Origin: Raja brachyura
Lineage: Eukaryota
Length of the DNA: 64,000 nucleotides
Assembly: GCA_963514005.1 (NCBI GenBank)
Contig: OY740817.1
Coordinates: 4,464,001 to 4,528,000, forward strand
Reading direction: 5' to 3'
This document shows, piece after piece, positions 1-12,229 of the stretch (position 1 is the stretch's first letter; each line of letters begins with the position of its first letter). The position numbers were made by a program, and so were the translations under genes. Below the pieces are notes generated by a model, which searched no databases, had not been told where the DNA came from, and worked only from the letters and a program-made list of their open reading frames with translations.

Positions 1-842
1 TAAATGTAGCTGCTAGCCACTTAAATTTGCATTGGAAACTTAAGTGTCACCCCCTGCTGCTGCACTCATCATTACTGTTGTGAAAAACATCCCATAGGAA
101 CAATTTTCCATTTATAATGTGGGATTCAATGCGAAACAGACTTTGTGTTACAGAAAATCATGATGGAATGGTTTTCTAGGAAAACAACTCCTCAGCAACA
201 TGGAGGTCCTATTAATCAAAGATAAATACATCTCAACCAGAGTATGTATTATGTATACCACACAATTTCTGTAACTAGTTCATCGTTCACTTAAAATAAG
301 TAATTATGCAGAATATTGTTCCACTGGGTTTAAATAAACTTTTGCACACTTACTTGAGCTAAGTGGACTTGTGTCATCCTGTTCAGTGATTTCCCTAATA
401 CAGTCATTAGATATTAAAGAATGAAGGTTGTGAAGTCATTCTGGCATCAATAACTTGCCAATCACAAGGGGAGAGGAGGAATACTAGTCTGTTCTCTGAG
501 AGTCCTTGCAGACCCGAGTTTAGTGCACTAGAATTTAACTGAGATGTTAAAGTAATCCGGTTTTAGCAGATCATCTAATCAAATACTGTAATCCTCAGAT
601 TCAAAACTCAAGGTTCATTTCTCCATAGCGCACTGTGAAATCAGTTGCATGGTATTTACCCCAATATGCTCAACACTCAAGTGCAAAATTAATTTCTTAC
701 TCTTCTTAAATATACCGTAATGACAGACTTTGAATTAAAGAACAATCATGAGAATAAAAAGCTGATTTAATGTATGTTTTAATTCTGATATGTCTGGTGC
801 AAATGCAACTTCTGAAGGATCTGTTAATATCCATAATATCTG

Positions 843-900
843 CAGTGCCCTCCATAATGATTGGGACAAAGGCCCATCATTTATTTATTTGCCTCTGTGC
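843..900 (+). mobile_element. Tc1 terminal inverted repeat fragment
   Basis: cagtgccctccataatgattgggacaaaggcccatcatttatttatttgcctctgt closely matches the ITR starting at 40048. Confidence 0.75.
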
Positions 901-1361
901 CTCCGATATTCTTAATTTCTCTTTGTCAACCTGAACTCTGTAGCTGTTTCCAATCTACTACTGCAGTTAAAACTAATCACATAAACAATCTGTTCTTTTC
1001 CACTCCTAACCACCAAAACTAGTCAGACACCTAGCTTTAGCAGGAAAATTGAATGTAATTGGTCTTTGACGTTCTGCAGCATCTAACAACTATTTTCATG
1101 TATTCTACTCTACCAGTTGTGCCACACCCACTCTATTTGTGTTAATGCCAGAATGTTCTACAAATAGAAAAATGTTCCCACACACTATCTACTCAATGGA
1201 AATAAATTGCAGTGCAATACTCAATAGAAATACTTCCTCTACCAATACTGATATATAAAGGTGAGAAAACGTTGAAATTCCCCTGCCAATATAGACATAT
1301 TCCAAGATGGCGGCGCTGGCTGAATAGCTGCGGCCCGCCAGCAGTCTTTTTGTTTTGTTAA

Positions 1362-2165
1362 TTTTTTTTATTAATTAGAAGTAACTACATAATAAAAAGC
1401 AATTTGTTCGTTGTCGACATAAAAGGCATTTTGTTCTTTGTAGACATACATTATCAGTATTATTTATATTAACAATTGCATAATAATTGTACTTCTATAT
1501 ATATTTTTTCCATTTTTTATAAAGATTGAAATTAATAGAGAAAAATTAAACAAAAAAAGGAGGAAAAGTTGAGAAAGAAAGGAATGTTCTATAGATTATG
1601 CATCGTTGGAGATATATCCGCGTTTTATGAAATGTACTTCTTCATCTATTCTTTGATTCAGGTTTCAGTCGGGTTCTCGTGCCGAACCAGTTTGCCCCTT
1701 CAAATATTCAATAAATGGGGACCATATTATTTTAAATAGTTCTTGTTTGTCTATTAAGACAAATCTTAATCTTTCCAAATATAGGGTCTCCAACATTTCT
1801 GTAGTCCACATTTTAATTGTGGGGGTTATAGGGCCTATCCAAAATTTTAATATTAATTTTTCCCCAATTAGTAAATTATAATCAATAAAAGTTCTTTGAT
1901 TCGAAGTAATGAATTGATTTTGTTCCGTTATTTCTAATATTATTAATTTTGAGTCGGGGACCAGTTTGGTATTGACAACTTCCGAGATTATCTTAAAAAT
2001 TTCCATCCAAAAATTATTCATTTTTATACAACTTACGAATGTGTGTGTTAGGTTAGCCTCTAAGTGTTGACATTTATCACAAATAGGGGAAACACTTGGA
2101 AAAATTCTATTCAATTTTGTTTTTGAATAATGCAATCTATGTAATACTTTAAATTGTATTGTCAT
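1362..2165 (-). mobile_element. 5'-truncated L1/Tx1-clade LINE (ORF2 C-terminus, 3'UTR, poly-A)
   Basis: FKVLHRLHYS...CDKC...H...C zinc-knuckle region typical of the L1 ORF2 end; AATAAA and A-tail on the minus strand near 1365. Confidence 0.85.
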
Positions 2166-2759
2166 TCAGACCGAAATGACAAATAAATTCAATTCAATTC
2201 AAATAATACGCAATCCCCCGACTTTAAAGGGACTTATTTCACAAACATCCACTTCTGATCAAATGAAATGCACAGGATTGCCGAGTGGAACTCTCATAGC
2301 TTAGCTGGCCAGAACTAGACATAATACTTGTAAACGAGATCCCATTCTGGATCCCAAGGTGGATTTTTGGGGGATAAAAAGCCTCTTTACATAAAATAAA
2401 TGATGACCACAGAGGAGGAGAATAATGAAGTGTGCACTTCTCCGCGGTCTCCGCAATTATTTACATTTCATCCATTAAAAAATTGCGGAGCTTGAAATTT
2501 ATGGACCTTAAAATAACAAGAAACCCATCTTCATGTACACTGCAGTAATAACTCACAGGTGCCTGAAGATGGCACCAACAAGAGTAATGCCTCCAAAATC
2601 AACAGCACCACCTTGCGGAATTCAATACGACTACAGATGACAAGTTCTGTCCAGTCAGGCACTGATTGTTACAATTCCAAGAAAGAGTAAAGATCTCAAA
2701 TGCCATTCATGGAAGGATTACAGCAGGGAAGTTTTTACATCAACATGGATAGGACAGGT

Positions 2760-2880
2760 TTGGAAGGATATGGACCAAACGCAGGCAGGTACGATTGGTA
2801 TAGCTGGGACATGTTGGATGATGTGGGCAAATTGGGCCGAAGGGTCTGTTTCCATGCTGTATCACTATGACATAGTCTCT
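2760..2880 (+). mobile_element. CR1-type LINE 3' end fragment
   Basis: Tail ...gggccgaagggtctgtttccatgctgtat, shared with other CR1 and HE1 copies in the window. Confidence 0.75.
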
Positions 2881-3127
2881 CTGCTGGCTTTGTAGAACAA
2901 CCTGGACATTCTCATTCCTCTCCTTCCCCCAAATTCTCACTCCATAATCCTGAAAGAATTGTTTAGCTTTAAATATTTAATCAATTTCTTGATAAATCAG
3001 AGTATTTTTTTTAGAATGTAAATTACATGGTAGACTCTGCAGTAACACAAAACATTTATATATTTCAACTTTGTTTCCCTGGAGATGTCATGTCTGCAAA
3101 ACTGTAATGCCTACAAAATTTGTAATA

Positions 3128-3322
3128 GCCCTGTCCCACGGTGCAAGTTCATTCCAAGAGCTCTCCCGAGTTTAAAAAGAATCAAACTCGTGGTAAGCAC
3201 GGAGAATGAACGTAGCGGATACATCGGAGCTCGGGGACGTCTCTTAGCACTAACGGCAGGTACTCGGGAAGACTCGCTAACGGCAGGTAAGCACAGGAAG
3301 ACTCGTGAAGATTTTTCAACAT
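3128..3322. mobile_element. One-armed PIF/Harbinger-like MITE
   Basis: Highly similar to the left half of 23281-23615 (ccctgtcccac...caagagctctcccgagttt); ends inside the internal ttttcaacatg palindrome. Confidence 0.8.
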
Positions 3323-3929
3323 GATCGCATATATTCAACAACTCGCATATATTTTACCATGTTGCAGCAATGACCAAATCTACTAAAAATTGAACTCATA
3401 AGAAACAGACTCTGACATTCAACCAGTATAATGCATACTCCATACAATCCTCTTATTTACTTCACCCCTCATCAATATATCCTCTTCCTTCCTCCCTCAT
3501 GTGGTAATCAGCTTCTCCTTACATGCACTCTTGTAGGTTCCAAATAAAATGCTGTTTGGATGCCTTAGCAAAGCCCATCACAATGTTTGAATGATCATGC
3601 TAGTGATAAAAGTATTGTTATGCATTCTCTGGCAAATCAGATACAGCTTTTTTGTACATTTCCACAGCTCTTTAACGACTATAGTACAAAAATAACTAGC
3701 CATAAAATCTAATTCCATCTCATGACTTAAGTGGTCTAATATGCCCTCTTCTAATTTCAATGTTCCTTTTTAACAATCTATATTAAAATTAGAAAATATG
3801 TGTGAGCCTTAACATTTCTCTATTTCCTTATGATGAAGGAACTCTGCTGAATCCATGCTGGCTCAGAGGGCAATCCCATTTTTCCACTAGTTTGTCCTCT
3901 ATTCTTCACATTTCCATCAACTACCCCAG

Positions 3930-4105
3930 ATCCTGCCTTTTACCCCATAAGCGACAATTTCCACATTTTTGGTAGGTGTGATGAAACCAAGAACCTTGGT
4001 GAAACTCACCAGGTTATATGCAAAATGTGCAAACACCACATGAACTGTAAAGATTAGGATTGAACCCAGATTGTTGACACTGTGAGGCAGCAGATCTACT
4101 AGCTG
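3930..4105 (-). mobile_element. Degenerate tRNA-derived SINE (HE1/V-SINE type)
   Basis: The reverse complement has the HE1-like head (gtagatctgctgcctcacag...ctgggttcaatcct B-box). Confidence 0.65.
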
Positions 4106-4162
4106 TAAGTAATGATGGATCAACCATTATCAACTCAAAACAAATTTGCTTAATTATGCTTA

Positions 4163-5113
4163 AGGAGCTGTCCCACTGCGGCGACCTAATCCACGAGTTC
4201 AGAAGAGTTTGCCCTTGACTCATACTCGCAGCACGGTCGACACGAGGTCCTAGGAGGTCTTTGTAACTCTCCTTCATGCTCGAGAATTGTCCCCATGTAC
4301 TCGAGGCCTCAGCTAGGTCGTGGAGCATTTTTCAATATGCTGAAAAATGTCCGCGAGTAAAAAAAGGTCGCCATGGAAAAAAAAAAATCAATATTTTTTT
4401 ACTCGTAGGTCGGCATGTTATTCATAGGTAATCTAGGGTAGTCGAAGGTAATCAAAGGTAGTCGTACATAATCTTCAACATAGTCGAAGGGAGGTCGAAG
4501 GAGGTAGTCTTCACTCTCCACTATTCGGTGTCCCGGGATAATGGGACTGTCATATGCTGAGAGAATGAAGCAGCTGGACTTGTACACTCTGGAGTTTAGA
4601 AGGATAAGAGGGGATCTTATTGAAACATATAAGATTGTAAAGGGTTTGGACACGCAAGAGGCAGAAAAAATGTTCCTGATGTTGGGGGAGTCCAGAACGA
4701 GGGGCCACAGTTTAAGAATAAGGGGTAAGCCATTTAGAACGGAGACGAGGAAACACTTTTTCTCACAGAGAGTTGTGAGTGTGGGGAATTCTCTGCCTCA
4801 GAGGTCAGTGGAAGCAGGTTCTCTGGATGCTTTCAAGGAAGAGCCCTTCAAGAGTGCTGGATAGGGCTCTTAAAGATAGCGGAGTCAGGGGATATGGGGA
4901 AAAGGCAGGAAAGTGGTCATGATTGAGGATGATCAGCCATGATCACATTGAATGGCCTACTCCTGCACCTATTGTCTATTGTGTCCAATCTTCCCAAAGC
5001 TAGTCTTCAACGTAGTCGAAGGTCTTCCACATAGTCGAAGGTGGTCTTCAACACGACACTTTTTCAAACACTCCTAAACTCGCCAATTAGGTTGCCGCAG
5101 TGGGACAGCCCCT
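4163..5113. mobile_element. PIF/Harbinger-like MITE interrupted by a CR1 insertion
   Basis: TIRs ggagctgtcccactgcggcgacctaat and attaggttgccgcagtgggacagccc with TAA/TTA flanks; internal gtagtcgaagg repeats on both sides of the insert. Confidence 0.85.
4533..4981 (+). mobile_element. CR1 LINE 3' fragment
   Basis: GLSYAER...LEFRRIRGDLIETYKI...TRGHSLRI...FFSQRVV..NSLP, followed by an (attgtct)n tail. Confidence 0.92.
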
Positions 5114-5799
5114 TAACTAGTTTCTCCTTTCTAAAAGCCCAAGTGACCAGGTGGAGTCAATGCTCCTTGCGCATGTCTTAATCATCCACAAGGGATGCAC
5201 AAAATATTTGGTCGTTTTGCAAAAACTTGGAATAATAGTCTTTAGAAAGCTCAATAAATCCTTTGGCATTATGAAAGTCCTTGAAGATTTTAATGATATT
5301 TGAGGGTATTAACCTTCCCTCGTTGTGGTCAATTAATATGCTATTTTGACACACCACTAGTAAAGTCACGTTCTCTGTATTCTGGTATACAATTTGTACA
5401 TTAGTAGATGTGTCAGTTATTTTTAAATTTAAAAAAAGCATGGTTTGTTGAAGAAGTAATTTGAATCCTTACAAGTGGTTCCCTTTACATTTGGAATCTA
5501 TGTGTACATCTACTGCTATTCAGACATTTCACAATCAATGCATGATTAATATTTCAATTAGCATAATGCAATAATACTCCATCAGTCTTAAGCTGAAAGC
5601 TCTGCAATAACATAATTTGCTGTTATTCAATAAACAGTTCCACATTATGAAATGATAGAAACAATATAAAAATATGCAAAAGCTGTGCAATCGAACCTTT
5701 TCAACATATATAGAATCTCCACATCAAGCAATACTTCCTACAGCACTAAGGACTTCATTATAAATATTCATGTATATCAAGTGAAGTCAAACACTTTAC

Positions 5800-5971
5800 C
5801 GTTTAAGAAGGAACTGCAGATGCTGGAAAAACGAAGGTGGACAAAAATGTTGGAGAAACTCAGCGGGTGAGGCTCGAAACTTGAAGAAGGGTCTCGACCC
5901 GAAAAGTTGCCTATTTCCTTTGCTCCAAAGATGCTGCCTCACTCGCTGAGTTTCTCCAGCATTTTCGTCTA
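5800..5971. mobile_element. Penelope-derived terminal repeat in inverted (fold-back) arrangement
   Basis: tgttggagaaactcagcgggtgaggc versus gcctcactcgctgagtttctccagca; contains gaagaagggtctcgacccgaaa. Confidence 0.75.
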
Positions 5972-7906
5972 CGTTCAAACATTTTACCAGCTGCAAAGCA
6001 ACTTCAAAGTCCTGGTAGACTTTTAAATTGCTTTCAGAATCTCTCATAAGCATTAACTTCATGATTAACATAATTAAGTCTAGAGAGATTTTAGTGAATC
6101 ATGATAAAAAGACACACTTCTATCTTAGCACTGAAGTGTTAATCTGTAACTATATCAACAATTAAAATTGTCAGATTTCGCAGCAGCAATTATAAATTAA
6201 CTTCTTCACAATCTCTAATATTAAACTATAACTGTCAGATCCCACAAAGCTGCAATTAGATATTAACTTCTTCACCATCTCCAATGAAAATTATCAACAA
6301 AATATTATTTTATTGAGTGATTTTGCTCACTCGTAGGTTTAAAAAGCACCAGTAGTGAATGGCAAAAACTCTGTGTGGAGGTGCACATTTTCAGGAAGTT
6401 TGAAAAGAAAAGCAGAGGTAGAAAGATACATTATTCACAAAAATGCATCACAGAAGAATTATTCTGATACACAACTTCAATCAAATGTTATCACTTTGTG
6501 GTCCCGGATAGAGCCAGTTTAAACTTCACAACTTCCAACCGTCCCCCTTTTCCAAAAAAATAATCCTTGTCCAGCCAAAGGAATGTCAGTAGATTATTTT
6601 ATTGGGACAATCACCATAAGTAACACATTGGGTTTTTTTAAAACCATATATTGTTTTATTTGTGTGGTCAAACAACAGTCATAGGATCAACTTTTACTGT
6701 TTTATTTGTGATACCCTTTATATGTGTACGATAATGACGAATAATCCCCAAACCCAATTGAAACGAGCAATTTGCTAAAATAACCCTTATTAATTTCCCT
6801 TACATAATGACTCTCGTTAAAATAACACATTTTGAAAGTAATTAACTCGCATACGATTATTGTTCAAAAATTCTCTACTGAGGAGAGTGAACAAATTCAA
6901 ATTGTCTTGCCATCTGTGGTGCTTGCTCAGCCATTATAAATAGGGCAGGATGTGCAACAAATAGCCATAAATTGATAACAAGGAGTGTGCCACTCTAGCT
7001 GTGTTGCAGTTAATGATAGTGTGCTTCTCCTGAATGCCTGCTCCTTCATGTGCAAACTTTACTTTTAATTCCAAGACTATTAATGGCAACTTAGACCTCT
7101 GACATTTTTGAAGAAGTTCACCTCTCTATGCATTTTATGATGACATCTTTATTATTCAAATTTAATATGCCACTTGGACATTGATAAATGAATAGAACTT
7201 CCACAATATTGGAATTAGCAAAGAACTACTGAACTTGGTTTCTAAAATGGTTAATAATGGATCTCAAGTAATTTATATGTTACATTCCATACTGGAACTA
7301 CTTGCTTCAGCCTACTGTTTTAAAAAAAAACAACCCATATGTTATTTCCAAGCCATGTTTATAACATAGTAAAACATAGAAGTTTGTCATGTGGCCCTTC
7401 ATGCTTGATCCAACATTCAATATCATAGCAGATCACTCAGCTCAATACCCTGTCCTACTTTATCCCCATCTCATATTCACACCACCCAAGCTTTATATCA
7501 CCCACAAACATGAAAATATTGAATCTAACTTATTTTCTCATGTACTATACCTTGGAATACCTAGACGTATTTAACATTCCTTAGCAGACATGCGCAGCAA
7601 GAGAAGGCACAAAGGGAAACATTCTTCTCATTGTTTTAATGTCAACTGTTATAATAATAAGGGAGATCCTATCTCTGTCATTAAGAAACTTGATTTGTTT
7701 GTATATATCAGATATTTAAAGTTCAGTTGATAACCGTGTGCGCATGCAAATATGAATGTTTCAAGCAATAATTGTATTAAAATGGTACTGTTCGAGTTAA
7801 TATCACAATATTTTGTAAGAAATGGGAAAAGAGATATGGTACAAAAGACAGATGGTCTAAAGACTACTACAATTTACTCTTCACTGTAGACATATTCGGT
7901 ACTTAC

Positions 7907-7987
7907 CTCTTGTGCCTTTTTCAGGATGGAATCATTTCGAGCTTGATTTGCTGACCCCAGCCTTTTCTCTATCTGCATTAGTTTTGC
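7907..7987 (-). CDS. ATF7IP: ATF7IP exon (AKLMQIEKRLGSANQARNDSILKKAQE)
   Basis: Continues LQ|AK as in ATF7IP (LQAKIARLTKRF...). Acceptor tttgctgcag|, donor GAG|gtaagt; 81 nt, phase 0. Confidence 0.88.
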
Positions 7988-8779
7988 CTGCAGCAAATAC
8001 AAGAGCACAATTATTTAAAAAAATAAATCCAAAAATTTAGTCCAGATGCATATCAACCCAGGCCTGCTCTTCAAACACAATTCTTGGCTGACTGAACATT
8101 AAAGTTACAAAACTGTAAACACTTGCTCTTTAAAACCAATCAGAGAAAACTGAAAAAGGAGAAGATAGTTGGCATCAGAAATAGAGGCAAGAGTTTCAAG
8201 TGCAACCAGGTTTGTCCAAACAGATTACTTGTTCATTTATTTCACGGCGGTCGGTGGTATGTGCAAATGAAATACTGGAGAAAAAAAAACTGAAAAAGAT
8301 GCATATTTATAACCCCTCAAAAATAATAATGCAAGAAGCTTCTGTTACGTTTTACTTCAGGACTCAAATCAGCCAATTAGTCTGATAGCAGTCTTCATCC
8401 AGTTAATTTACGCTGATCTAAAGACTCTCACATCAGAGCAAATTAATGGAAACCAACATCAGAATTTTAATGTGGATATTTTTAGACATATTTATTATCT
8501 TGGTTTTCAAGATATTAATAAAAAGATTCTATTGGCAGACTCTGGGGGCAAGTTCTGTGCAACAGCTTCAAAGGATGTCAGCAAACTCAAAGCACAATGA
8601 TGAATTCTATGAACAAATGAATGAAGTCAGGGAAATACGGCAAAGGCTTAAATTGCTCTTGCATCCTCTTGGTAGCCAAACATATTTGCAACACATCCCC
8701 CCCAATTGCGAAGCTGTAAATCTTTTGCATCTGTCTACTGTGATGAATATTTATAACTAGACTGAGTTATATTGGATGT

Positions 8780-9200
8780 CAGTTTATTATTGTCATGTGT
8801 ACCATGATAGAGTGAAAAACGGTATGCTATCTGGTCAAATCCTACTATACATGAGTAAAATCAAGCAATATACAAGTCCATACGATAATGCAAAGAGAAA
8901 AATACCAGAATGCAAATTAAGGTGGTACAGCATTACTACCATAGAGAAAGTGCAGAGAGAATGAGGTAGGTTGGAAAATTGGGACTTTAACCTAGCTTAT
9001 GAGAGGATTATTCAGTAGTCTGAGTACCGTGGGAAAGAGATGGGATCAGATTCTGATGGCAAGCGCTTTCAAACTTTTGTGCCTTCCACCCGACAGGGGA
9101 GGGGACATGGAGGAATGACTGGGATGTAAATGGTCCTTGGCTGCTTTATGTTAACATGGAAGGAAAGGTTGTTGCCTTAACCTTGACATCAGTGTTCTGC
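8780..9200 (-). mobile_element. Rex1/Babar-type LINE 3' end (degenerate)
   Basis: Minus-strand tail ttttcactctatcatggtacacatgacaataataaa. Confidence 0.6.
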
Positions 9201-9344
9201 CCCCTATTACAATCAGACTAAAGAAGAGTTCCATTCCCAAAATGTCATCTATCCTCCACAGATGTTGATGACCCGCTGAGCAACTCCAGCACTTTGTGGT
9301 CTATACAAGATTCCAGCATTTGTAGTTCTCCATCACGTCACAAA

Positions 9345-10180
9345 GGACAAAGGACATATATTGTCACATACACCAATTGGTGTAGTGAAATTTGAGTTAC
9401 CATGCAGCACACAAAGATAAGCACAACACTATAAATTTAACATAAAACATAGAAATATCCCCCCACAACGGGATCAATGTTTCCCACTGTGAGGGAAGGC
9501 AACAAAGTTCAGTCCTCTTCCTCTTGTTCACCAGTGGTCGGGGCCTTTAAGGCTTCCGCATTTGCCGCAACGGTGGCCCGATATTTCAGGCCCTCTTGCT
9601 GGGATGATGAAACTACGACGTCGGAACGGAGAACACGCTCAGCAGCTTGGAGTTTCCAAAACGGCCGCTTCCTACCCGAGATCTCGGCTTCCGAAGTCAA
9701 CAGGCCGAGCTGGGCGGAGGTCCAACACCGGCGATCCTCAGCGAAAGATCCCAGGCCACCGCCTGTTAAAGTCAGCGCCACCCGTAGCTGGAAGCGCCGC
9801 AAACCACAGCTCCACGATGTTCAAGTCAGCAGTTCCAACACTCCGGAGTTCCAACACGGCGATCCCGGTAAGGCATCGCCCGCTCCGCGATGGCACTTCA
9901 GTGCTGTGCCGCTGCTGAAGCTCTGGCTGGTCGCCGGCAGGAAAAGCCGCGCCAATCCAGCTGGTAGACCGTGAGGAGGGGGCGAAGTTGAGCCTCGGAG
10001 AAAAGACGCATCCTCGACCAGGTAGTGACTGAGAAAAAACGGTTTCACCCTCCCCCCAACATAAAAAAGACTAAAAGACCTACAAAACAAAACTTTTAGA
10101 CAAACTAAAAATAGCAAAATGGATGAAAGGACAGGCAGCAGCTGGCGAGGCTGCCACACTCCATGGCACCACCACTCGAC
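9345..10180 (-). mobile_element. GC/CpG-rich non-coding retroposon with Rex1-like tail
   Basis: Homologous along its length to 48000-48738; minus-strand tail aatttcactacaccaattggtgtatgtgacaata. Confidence 0.8.
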
Positions 10181-10214
10181 ATCATACAGAGTTGAAAATA
10201 TATTGGTGATCCTT

Positions 10215-10345
10215 CACCACGTCCTGGAATTCCCTATCCAAAGGCACTGTGGGAGTATCTTCACCTGAAGTATTGCTGCGGTTGAAGGCAGTGGCTCATC
10301 AACATCTGAAGGTCAATAAATGGTCTTGCCAGTGATGCCCAGATT
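10215..10345 (+). mobile_element. Old CR1/L2-group LINE 3' end
   Basis: SWNSL-coding segment and tail similar to the reverse complement of 30010-30200. Confidence 0.55.
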
Positions 10346-10761
10346 TGAAAAAATGAATTATAAAATTGCTCTTTCAAAGAGTTAATGGACATACAGCCAT
10401 AAAATCAATAACAAGATTTCTAAGTAATAGGACAAATGCACACCATTTAATTTTCACTTAAACATTTGTGTTTTCAACTATTTATACTGATAAATTGGAT
10501 TTTAGAGGGACTCCAACTGCAAATGAACCTGTTTTTATGTGAAACCCAGAACCCAATTCCCTAACGTTGCTCCTTACAGCTAATATAAGATAGTGCTGTC
10601 TTTGAGGGAGTTCATAAACACTGGGGTATCCACTGCAACCATTTCATAAGATTACCATGCTGAGAAACAAGGCATTAAGGAATAGAGTGCCTCGTCATCT
10701 TTACTTGATTTTCCAAATTCCACATTTTATGCTGGAAGTGGCCATAGGTGTTCGTACTTAC

Positions 10762-10899
10762 CTGTAAGCCATTGATTAAAGATTCATGCCTTGTGTGGCA
10801 TTCTATCTTTTCTACTCTGTTTTTCAGCTCTGCCAGTTTCTTGTCGAAAACACCACTTTGTATGGAGCTTATCCGCTCTTCAATAATTTGCTGAACGAT
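10762..10899 (-). CDS. ATF7IP: ATF7IP exon in the SETDB1-binding coiled-coil region (IVQQIIEERI...VFDKKLAELKNRVEKIEC...LQ)
   Basis: Matches ATF7IP VFDKTLAELKTRVEKIEC. Acceptor tttttgcacag|, donor CAG|gtaagt; 138 nt, phase 0 to 0. Confidence 0.95.
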
Positions 10900-11589
10900 C
10901 TGTGCAAAAATAAGGAAAAACATATTTGCTTACCATTAATAAAAATAATGCTCCCATTCCCATTAATCAGCTTCAACTGAAAAATTTAGTTCAGTGTTTA
11001 TAGTTGTAATTGACCATTGTGATTTCTGGAAAAGAACACAGATGGTGTAATTCTACATGCAGCACACTTTCTGATGTACTGTACAGGAACTTGGAACACA
11101 TTGCCCAGAGGGTGCTTGTTGTAGCACATGCACAGACCAACATGATCATCATTTAGACACTGCAGATCTCCAATGTGACAGTTAAGTAAAAGTAAGGCTG
11201 GTAGATAGATTTTTGGATGGTTAATAACACAGCATTGGTGTGTGTGTGTGTTTAGGGAGGGGCGGGGGGAGTAGTGGGGGTGCATGAACAAAATGCAAAT
11301 TCAGTCTCAACACTGAATGGTTGAGCACCCTAAAAGGGTGACCTTCGCCTAGTTGATAAGAATGTGCATTTATTTTCCAGACCCGGTTCAGGAAATAACT
11401 GAATCTCTGGAAATGCGAATATCTAATATTAGAGATCTGCCAACCATGAATCTAAGTAGCAATATCAGATTGGCAAGGTCAAAAAAAGACCTGTAGAGAA
11501 AATGAGATTAAGAAAATGAAAAGAAATGCACCCAGGAAGGCCTCGATGGAGTCCGTCCATTTTATTCCAAGAATTAAAATGTGAAACTG

Positions 11590-12075
11590 TTATCAACTGT
11601 CATTAAGCTGGAAAGGGTGCAGAGAAGATTTACAAGGATGTTACTAGAGAGACTGACCTGTAGGGAGAGGTTAGGGAGACTAAGACTATACTCCTTGGAG
11701 TGCAGAATGCTGAGGGATGTTGTTGTGGAGATGTATAAAATCGTAAGGGGAATAGATAGGGTGAATGCACAGCCTTTTACCCTGGGCAGATAAATCAAAA
11801 ACTAGAGGGTTTAGATTTAAGGTGAGTGGGGCAAGATTTAATAAGAACCTGCGAAGCAATTTTATCACTCAGAAGGTGATATGAAATGAACTGCCAGAGG
11901 AGGTAGTTGGGATAACTACTGTGACATTATTTAAAACATACGAGGACAGATACATAGGCTGGAAAGGTTTAGAAGTAGGAGGGCCAAACACAAGCAAATG
12001 AGACTTGCTTAGATGGGGCACCTTGTTTGGCATGAATGAGTTAGAACGAAAGGCCTGTTTCCATGCTGTATGACT
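11590..12075 (+). mobile_element. CR1 LINE 3' fragment
   Basis: LERVQRRFTRML...ERLGRLRLYSLE...YKIVRGIDRV followed by a CR1 tail. Confidence 0.88.
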
Positions 12076-12229
12076 TAACTATTCTAAATCAAGTAACAGG
12101 AAAGACTTTCATCTGTGCAAAAACAAAAATGGCAAATGCAGCAGAGGAAGTAGTGCAGGCCAAGCTATTACAGAAATTGGAGGTGACAACATTGGCTTCT
12201 GCATGAGATGAAGCTGTTGAAGGAAGAAC

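Noticed and set aside
354-394. Possible further ATF7IP exon (tag|...|gtaagt on the minus strand)
   Set aside because: The polypyrimidine tract is weak, phase 0 contains a stop, and there is no recognisable ATF7IP similarity.
4430-5050. Regular gtagtcgaagg repeats resembling a CRISPR array
   Set aside because: These are short internal repeats of a eukaryotic MITE, without unique spacers or cas genes.
6905-6925. CTCF-like motif gccatctgtgg
   Set aside because: It is only a partial match and cannot be supported from sequence alone.
9477-9974. Overlapping long ORFs in the GC-rich repeats (also 48125-48664, 50063-50364 and 51686-52123)
   Set aside because: Stop codons are rare in GC-rich sequence, the frames are not conserved between the two copies, and there are no protein motifs.
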